From Malacoraja senta (lineage: Eukaryota), in contig CM075990.1 of the NCBI GenBank assembly GCA_038087875.1, forward strand, positions 12,154,001 through 12,218,000: a DNA stretch of 64,000 nt, written 5' to 3'. Position 1 is the stretch's first letter. Every line of letters begins with the position of its first letter. Shown here one piece after another: positions 55,179 through 64,000 of the stretch. The notes beneath the pieces were generated by a model. It was not told where the DNA came from. It did not search any database and saw only the letters and a program-made list of their open reading frames with translations. A program made the position numbers and the translations under genes.

Positions 55179-56977
55179 AGCTGTATTTTCAGGGTCTCTG
55201 GTGCTGTAAGGTAGCAAATCCACTGCTGCATCACCGTGCCTCCCCACCTAGGGCCACGACATGGGTACGCAGTCTGGTGCAGTGTTGGTTTAGTTTGTGC
55301 GGAAACACAGTGCGGTACAGCGCTGTGAGGCAGCAACCCTACCGCTGTGCCCAGCAGGTTACAGGCTGGGGTGAGGAGATGAAGCATTGTCCTACACCAG
55401 TGGTTTCCAGACCATTATTGATCAATATTGTTTGAACTCGTGTAGCCTCTGGTGCATTTAACAAAATGTTTCTGAGAAGTAGAGGCCTGACCTCTCAACA
55501 ACCTATCCCTCCCAAGTGACTGTCACTGACTCTAAATCTTATTCACCCACAAAACAGTGAGTCAGTCAACCAAGATCAGAATTAAACAATCAATTGGCTT
55601 TCTACTCCCTGACTTGAGGAAATGATGTTTCTGCCTGAATGGTAAAGGCTTTGGAAAGTTTCAGAAAGCTTTTCACATTGTTTTTCATTCAATGTTGAAC
55701 CACTTGTATAGATTGCAGACTTTAGTTTGGATTGCCAATCAGATTTGTGAATCTTTAGTCTAAGTTCGTGCTATACGGCCATTTCAGGTGATTTGAGCTT
55801 GGATTTCTTCAGCTTCTTAGTTTGATTACACAGTCTTCCTTGGTTGTAGATAAATCCCACCACTAATACCTTGGAGTCAGGCTGTTATACTGCATAGAAA
55901 CAGAGCCATCGGCTCAATGTGTCCATGCCAACCAGGATGTCCCATCAATCTCAGTCCCATTTGGCCCATATCCCTCTAAACTTTCCCCATCCATGTACCT
56001 GTAAATTGAGCTCTAATACCTGCCTCAACTACCTCCTCTGACAGCTCGTTCCATACATGTTCACCAACTTGGTATGCCTTTGAAGTTTGGGAGGAAACCG
56101 GAGCACCCGGAGAAAACCCACACGGTTATGGGGAGAAGGTACAAACTCCGTACAGACAGCACCCGTAGTCAGGATTGAACCCGGATCTCTGGCGCTGTGA
56201 GGCAGCAACTCAACCGCTGCGCCACCATGCCGAGTTGACAGGGATGTAATGCATGGCGCTCGTAAGTGAGAGCGCTCTCTACCTGTCCCTGAGCATGCTG
56301 CTGTTTTTTTTCATGAGAATACTCTAATTTGAAGGCTTGAGTCTTGAATTGATCAGTTAGGCGTCCAAAAGCAGTTGGGCTGGAGACTGGGGCAGATGTT
56401 GAAGTTTAATCCAACAGAATCCTGATTCCAACCCTATTGGCTTCTTGGTCACATGGAAGACCAAGGTAGGTTGGGCAACCGAGCCGGTGGGTTTGGCAAA
56501 TTTAGTATTGAAAGGTAAAAGAAACCTTTTGATTTAATTAATTTTTCTAAACACTGGAAATGCCGGGTCCTTTGGGCTTCGGCAAGCTGCCAGTGAAAGG
56601 AGTTTTCTCTGGGATTTTCTATTTTTATTTCAGATTTTTAATGACTGCAATTTTTTTTTTGACAATTCTGGATCCATCTGTAAGCAAGGCCGAACAAGTT
56701 GAAAAGTAGTCGTCAACAGCAGGTTGATTGGCCAATTATATGTTCATAAGTGGTCACGGTGGCGCAGTGGTAGAGTTGCTGCCTGACAGTGAATGCAGCG
56801 ACGGAGACCCGGGTTCGATCCCGACTATGGGTGCTGTCTGTACGGAGTTTGTACGTTCTCCCAGTGATCTGCGTGAGTTTTCGCCGAGATCTCCCGCACT
56901 CCAAAGACGAACAGGTTTGTAGGTTATTTGGCTTGGTAAATGTAAAAATTGTCCCTAGTGGGTGTAGGATATTGTTA

Positions 56978-57581
56978 AGGCTCTGTCTTACCTGTTTGCG
57001 GTCATCGGTGGTGAAGCGCGGCGTCGCCGGTAGCGAGGACCGCGCGGCAACGGCGAGAGCGTCGAGCTTATCCACCGGAGCGCCGCACGGATGGTGCGCG
57101 GGGGCCGAGTTCATTCAAACACGGCGGGTCCCACGTGCTTGCGGTAAGTAAAAAAAGGGCAGGCCGATTGCGATGACGTCGGCCCGCCGCACGTGACTCA
57201 CCAACGGCGGCTGTGGCGGCTGCCGTCCAGATCGCGGCGCTGTAGTGGTGGCTGTGCCTGCGGCCGTGCAGCACACGTGCGTCACTGGCGGCGGCACGTG
57301 CCTCACTGGTGGAGGCTGTGGCAGTGGAGGCTTGACGCACGGCGCTCGAGCCATACTGGCGGCGGCCCGTGCGAGCGGCCGTGCCGCACTCGTGCATCAC
57401 TGGTGGAGGTTGTGCGGTGAGTATTAAGTTTTGGACATTGTCGATTTTATTTTAGCACCGTGCGGTGTTGGGAACACCGCCGCACGGCCCGGGAATTGTA
57501 CTTTCTCACGAGTGCGCGGTCTATGGCGGCAGATTCTTCCCGTTTCGCCGCCATAGACCGCAGACTCGTGAGACAGGCCTT
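56978..57581. mobile_element. Larger GC/CpG-rich non-autonomous element with Harbinger-like ends, inside a V-SINE
   Basis: aggctctgtcttac...gtgagacaggcctt with TTA TSD (56975-56977, 57582-57584). The SINE resumes seamlessly afterwards. Confidence 0.75.
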
Positions 57582-58173
57582 TTAAGATGCGGGGATCGTT
57601 GGTCGGCGCGGACCCGGTGTTTCCGTGCTCTATCTCTAAACTAAACGAAAAAGTGATAGGAGCAGAAGTAGGCCATTTGGCCCATCATTTCTAGTCTACC
57701 ATTCAATCATGGCTGATCTAGCTCTCCCTCCCAATTCCATACTCCTGCCTTCTCCCCATAACCCCGGACTCCCTACGTATGTTAATTGGCTTCTGTAAAA
57801 GGTCCCTGGTGTGTCGGGAGTAGATGCAAAAGTGGGATAACATCGTGATAATGTGAGCAGGTGATCGATGGACTCAGTGTGCCGAAGGGCCTGTTTCGTT
57901 TAATTAATCAATCGATCAGTTATTGGAGTTGAAGAAAGCTCAATATATAAAATCTTGTCCAATTTGCCAGGATTGTAATTGTGAAAGCAATTGTGTTTCA
58001 TTGACCTCCCACAGCGTCCTTGATGAGATATGGTTTCCAATCATTCATTCGTATTGATATTGAATGGATGTTATGTTGAAGAATAGATACACATCACTGA
58101 GATGTGAGGATGAGAGGACACACATCCTTTACAGCTTTGGGCTGGAGACAAGGAATTATCAAGTGATTTGAAC

Positions 58174-58373
58174 NNNNNNNNNNNNNNNNNNNNNNNNNNN
58201 NNNNNNNNNNNNNNNNNNNNNNNNNNNNNNNNNNNNNNNNNNNNNNNNNNNNNNNNNNNNNNNNNNNNNNNNNNNNNNNNNNNNNNNNNNNNNNNNNNNN
58301 NNNNNNNNNNNNNNNNNNNNNNNNNNNNNNNNNNNNNNNNNNNNNNNNNNNNNNNNNNNNNNNNNNNNNNNNN
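58174..58373. other. Assembly gap (200 N)
   Basis: Run of exactly 200 N. Confidence 1.
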
Positions 58374-59575
58374 TTACAACACTTGCAGCGCCAGAGACCC
58401 GGGTTCGATCCCGACTAAGGGCGCGGTCTGTACGGAGTTTGTACATTCTCCCTGTGACCTGCGTGGGTTTTCTCCCTGTGACCTGCGTGAGATCTTTGGT
58501 TTCCTCCCAACTCCAAAGCCATACAGATTTGTAGGTTAATTGGCTTGGGTTTGTATAGTTGGTATCAGTGTGCGTAGGCTTGTGTTAATGTGTGGGGATC
58601 GCTGGTCGGTGTGGTCTGGGTGGGCTGAAGGGCCTGTTTCCGCGCTGTATTTCTAAGTTAAATTAAACTAATCTGCCGAAGAAGGTGAAAAGCGAGACTG
58701 GAATACCGGATACAGTTCAAGAAAATATGAGTAGGAAGGCTCAGATTGTGCAATAATAGGTAGACTCAAAGTCAAGATGAGAAAGCAGGAGAGTCCATAG
58801 TGGCCGAGCAAACAGGTCTTCACTGATACTTCCACCCATATCTTAATCCCTCAGTCTCCTACTCCTCCCGTACATTATTGTACCCCTTTCTATCTTTCAC
58901 TTACAATTGCTTCAGCTCTGAGTCATGTTCATAAGTGATATGAGCAGAATTTGGCCCATCAAGTCTACTCCGCTGTTTAATCATGGCTGATCTATCTCTC
59001 CCTCCTAACCCCATTCTCCTGCCTTCTCCCCATAACCCCTGACACCTTTACTAATCAAGAATCTATCTATCTCAGCCTTAAACATATCCGTTGCCTTGTG
59101 CCTGTGAGTGTGGTACATCTAAGATCTCTCTTTAAACACACATTTCTACTTGAGTCATTTATATGCACAATGGAGCTATTACAAAAACATTCGGCGCACA
59201 AAGTTATATTAGATGTGCTCTGAGGCTTCATTCAGGTGACTGCATATTGTTAGTGATGTGAACACTTCTAGACTGCAAATCCGGTCAGGGCAATGGAGCA
59301 GACAAACCAATTTGGAGCCATCATTTTCTGTTAGATTGTACAGCATCACTCACCTGACAGTCAAGGTTGTCCGCTTAGGCAAGTCTATTGGAAATGCAAA
59401 CACTTCCCCTCATCGTTCTATCGAGCTGGATTTCAAACAAACCCACCTCAAGTTTCCCATTCGTACTGAAAGCTGTCCTCTCGGCAAATGCAAGATGTGA
59501 ACCTGATCACGGTCCTGTGATTGCCAGTCGCTGGGCACTCTATGACGTTGATTACTATTCACTTGACGCCAATAT

Positions 59576-59890
59576 GGGCAGCGCAGTGGCACAGGGGTAG
59601 AGTTGCTGCCTTACAGCGCCAGAGACCCGGGTTCGATCCTGACTACGGGTGCTTCCTGTACAGAGTTTGTACGTTCACACCGTGACCGAATAGGTTTTCT
59701 CTCGGTGCTCCGGTTTCTTCCCACACTCCAAAGACGTAGAGGTTTGCAGGTTAATTTGGCTTTGGTAAAAATTGTAAAATTGTCCCTGGTGTGTAGGATA
59801 GTGCGAGTGTACGGGGATCGCTGGTCGGTGCGGACTCGGTGGGCTGAAGGGCCGGTTTCCGCGCTGTATCTCCAAACTAAACTAAACTAA
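59576..59890 (+). mobile_element. tRNA-derived V-SINE (HE1-like), full length
   Basis: Same head, core and tail organisation, ending in (actaa)n. Confidence 0.85.
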
Positions 59891-62800
59891 GGTATCAAAA
59901 TTGCTGGAGAAACTCAGCGGGTGCGGCAGCATCTATGGGGCGAAGGATATAGGCAACGTTTCGGCCCGAAACGTTGCCTATTTCCTTCGCCCCATAGATG
60001 CTGAGTTTCTCCAGCAATTTTGTCTACCTTCGGTTTTCCAACATCTGCAGTTCCTTCTTGAACATTTAAACTAAACTAAAACTCTGCTGTGGTTGTTCCA
60101 GGCACGATGAGAGAGGTGCTTCATTCATAGCGCAGAATTGGTTGAAGGCTGTTGTCATTGGACTTTGTAATGGAAGTGAAGTTGATGGCCGACACCAAGA
60201 GGATGTAGTATCATTGGAGAAGTTAGATGTGCTCTAAACCCCAACTCCACCACCCACTTTAGTTTAGGGATACAGCACAGAAACAGGCCCTTCAGCCCAT
60301 CGAGGCCTCACCGACCAGCGATCCCCATACACTAGCACTATCCTACACACTAGGGGTGATTTACAACATTTACTGAAGCCAAATTAACCTACAGAATCTA
60401 TCTATCTCTGGATTGGAATGTGGGAGGAAACCGGAGCTCCCGGAGAAAACGCATGCGGTCATGGGGAGAACATACAAACAGCACCCGTAACTAGGATCGA
60501 ACCTGGGTCTCTGGCGCTGTAAGGCAGCAACTCTACCGCTGCGCCACCATGCCACTGTAGCTGCATATTCTTTGGTATAATTTATGGACCAGTGGGTAAT
60601 GAAGGAGAATAAAATGGGGTTAGTGTGAATGGGTACTCAGGGATTGTCAAAAGGTCTATTTTTAAACTGTATGATATTGTTAAATGCTGAATAAAACTCA
60701 CACTTGGGGTTGAGAATTCCTCTGTGCGTCTGTCACTGTGCAAGTATGGAACGGGTTAAATATCCTTTTGATATTAATACACTTAAATGGTTTTATTGAC
60801 CCTGCTCCTGTCAAATTAGTGCCTTGGGTCCTCTCCATACCCACCTGACAGAGATGGAGCATTGGTTTAATGTTCTCGTAGTCATAGAGTGATCCAGCAT
60901 GGAAACAGGCCCTTTGGCCCAACTTGCCCACACCGGCCAACATGTCCCAGCTGCATGTCCCACCTGCCAGCATTTGGTCCATATCTCTCCAAACCTGTCC
61001 TATCCATGCACCTATCTAATTGTTTCTTAAATGTTGGGATAGTCCCAGCCTCAACTACCTCCACTGGCAGCTTGTTCCATACACCCACCACCACCCTCTG
61101 TGTGAAAACGTGACCCCTCAGATTCCTATTAAATCTTTTCCCCTTCGCCTTAAACCTATGTCCTCTGGTCCTCAGTTCCCCAACACTGGGCAAGAGGCTC
61201 TGTGCATCATTCTGCTCTGAACGAAGACACCCCTGGCAGTGTGGTGCATCAATGCATCGGTTTAGGCATTGCGCCCAACTCTTTAAACTGGTGTAAGGAT
61301 TAAGCAAAGCTAAGTAAGTAAGTAAGTTTATTGGCCAAGTATTCACATACAAGGAATTAGCCTTGGTGCTCCGCCCACAAGTAACAACATGACATACAGT
61401 GACAGTTACGAACCAGAAAACACTAAACATGAATAATAATAAAACATTAATGATAAAACACCATTGATCAAGCATGTGAACCAACAAAATACCAGATCAA
61501 AGGGAGGCTACAGATTTTTGGCTGTTGAGTAGAGCAACTACTCGTGGATAAAAACTGTTTTTATGTCTGGCTGTGGCAGCTTTGACAGTCCGGAGTCGCC
61601 TTCCAGAGGGAAGTGATTCAAAGAGTTTGTGGCGCAGAAACTTAATTTCTCTGCTGCTTATTCGCCCACTGATCCTTCGCCCCACTTGATTTTAATCACA
61701 CCCAGTAATGGTGGCACGTCTTAAAAAAACGATCTACAGGGGGGGGGACGTGGTATTTTCGAACTGCTGCAAAATGCATTGGAGGGAGGGATAATCCCTC
61801 TGATGCCTGTGTGGAGTTTCACTCCTTCCCCTCTCCATAAAATGCAATTAAAGTGCTGGCTGCCTTGGAACAGCGGAGAGCCTCCTGAAAGGCAGCTTAA
61901 TGTACCTTCTGAACCTTTGCATCTGGAGATTTTACAATGCAATATTATTTTACAAATGCTCACATCATCCTTTCACAGTTTCTCTCTGCTGTGTTAATGA
62001 AGTCATTAGACTGGATTAATGCTGTTGGAGCAGCCAGTATAAATGTCCTTAAACATCCTCGGGATGGTATTAACCCGTGCAATTTACAGTCTGTGAGTGA
62101 AGCTCCACGGAGCATCACTGATTGACATCAATCTGACATTCTGGATATAAGTGGTCTTTTTTTTACACTAAGTGTATGCCTCGACAAAGTGAAAGGAGCT
62201 GCATGTATAATGGAGCTTTCAGGCAGACTAATAAACAAATACTCATCAGTCTGGAGAAGGGTCTCGACCCGAAACGTCACCAATCCCTTCTCTCCAGAGA
62301 TGCTGCCTGTCCCGCTGAGTTACTCCAGCATTTTGTGTCTACCTTTGGTTTAAACCAGCATCTGCCGTTCTTTCCTACACACAAGTACTCCCTTCAGCCA
62401 TAGCCTTATTTTCTCATGCATTTGTAAATATTGAACATAGTACCCCTCCCGTCCCACCTTCCCCCTCCCCTCATTCCATCACTCACGCGAGACATCGCTT
62501 TAAATTTTTTTTAAAGTAATCACAAAGTGCTTTTTGCTCAAGGAGGCCCAGCGGTAGAGTTGCTGCCTCACAGCGCCAGAGACCCAGGTTCGATCCTGAC
62601 TACGGGTGCTGCCTGTACGGAGTTTGTACGTTCGCCCCATGACATGCGTGGGTTTTCTCCGAGATCTCCGGTTTCCTTTCACACTCCAAAGACGTACAGG
62701 TTTGTAGGATAATTGGCTTGGTATAAATGTAAATTGACCCTAGTGTGTGGAGTACAGTGCTAGTATGCAGGGATCGCTGGCCAGCGTGGACTCTGTGAGC

Positions 62801-64000
62801 CGAAGGGCCTGTTTCCGCTCTATATCTCTAAACTAAACTAAATTAACTGGCTGGAGTAACTCAACGGGTCAGACAGCATCTCTGGAGAAAAAGAATAGGT
62901 AACGTTTTGGGTCGAGACCCTTCTTCAGACTTCTAACTGGGCCCCCTGGTCCTCATCCATTGTTAGTGATCGTGGTTTCAAGATAGGGAACGATTGGCAA
63001 AAATACTTCAGTAATTTCCCTTGAATGGTTTTATGGGATCCTCCACAGGCATGGGGACTGTGTTAGTGACCCTTAGCAGCATCCTAGCTGGGGCCTTGAG
63101 TGGCTGATACGGACATTGCTGTCACCTTGCCTTGTCAATGGCACCACATGAAATTCCAATTATAGCTGAACCAAAATAATTAGTTGTCGACGCAAGGAAC
63201 TGCAGCTGCTGGTTTACTGAAGAAAACACAAAGTGCAGAATAACTCAGTGGGTCAGGCCACATCTCCGGAGTGACTTTTGAGGTCGGGACACTTCTTCAG
63301 AATAATTGTATGGGGGGGGGGGGGGGGGTGGGAAAGCTGGAAGAGAGGTAGGGCTCTTGTCCCGCCCCCACCCCTCTTCCACCCCCCCCCCCCTCACAAC
63401 AATCAGTCTGGCTGGAAAAGTAGCCCATCCACGTTCTCCAGAGATCCTACCTGACTCGCTGAGTTACTGCAGCATTTGTGTCTTTTCAAGATAACTAATT
63501 GTTTGATATGCTGTCCAGAATAATGTCTACATTGGACTTGTGTCGCTGGCTGTAATTCACATGCGACTTTATAATTTGTTAGGTCATCCCAATTGCTTGA
63601 TGTAAATTGTACTTGGCAAGTGATAACTCAATATTCTTGGAGAGAATTGCTGGAGGCATTGGTTTGAGCGAAAATAAAACTGTTTGAGGTTTTGCATTTC
63701 AATTCACCCAGTAATCTGCTGTAACCCACTCGTGTCCTGGCTCCTGCTCCAAGCTGCTCCTGACCCAACAGCTCCCCACTGGCTAACTCCCCCTCCAAAA
63801 CATTTGGATTAAAATGACTGCTGCGATCTACTGGGAATAAAGGCTGGGAATCAAGGGATATGGGGAGAAAGCAGGAACGGGGCGCTGATTTTGGATGATC
63901 AACCATGATCATATTGAATGGCGGTGCTGGCTCGAAGGGCCGAATGGCCTACTCCTGCACCTATTTTCAATGTTTCTATATTACTCTATGACTAGACACG

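Noticed and set aside
56713..57427. Overlapping GC-rich ORFs suggesting a gene or bacterial contamination (also 111-396 and 35921-36556)
   Set aside because: They lie inside TIR-bounded elements nested in host repeats, where stop codons are rare because of GC content.

Overview
Repeat-dense vertebrate genomic DNA, most likely from a cartilaginous fish (skate/ray; inferred from HE1-like V-SINEs, CR1-type tails and Deu-domain SINE relics). The only host gene I can support is cadherin-23 (cdh23) on the + strand: three internal coding exons (14690-14884, 19007-19135, 44751-44829), so the rest of the window is presumably intronic. The introns hold: a full-length but frameshifted DIRS-type tyrosine-recombinase retrotransposon (20932-25671, -) with intact terminal/internal-complementary architecture; CR1, L1, L2 and Rex1/Babar LINE fragments; about 20 tRNA-derived V-SINEs; many short Penelope-like (PLE) ends carrying a minimal hammerhead-ribozyme-like motif, often as inverted pairs with target-site duplications (TSDs); and 13 CpG-rich PIF/Harbinger-type MITEs. 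The MITEs share a terminal inverted repeat (TIR) of about AGGGCCTGTCCCAC but have family-specific internal motifs, and several sit at the same nucleotide of other repeats. There is a 200-N assembly gap at 58174-58373. All family names come from motif recognition and recall, not from database searches.
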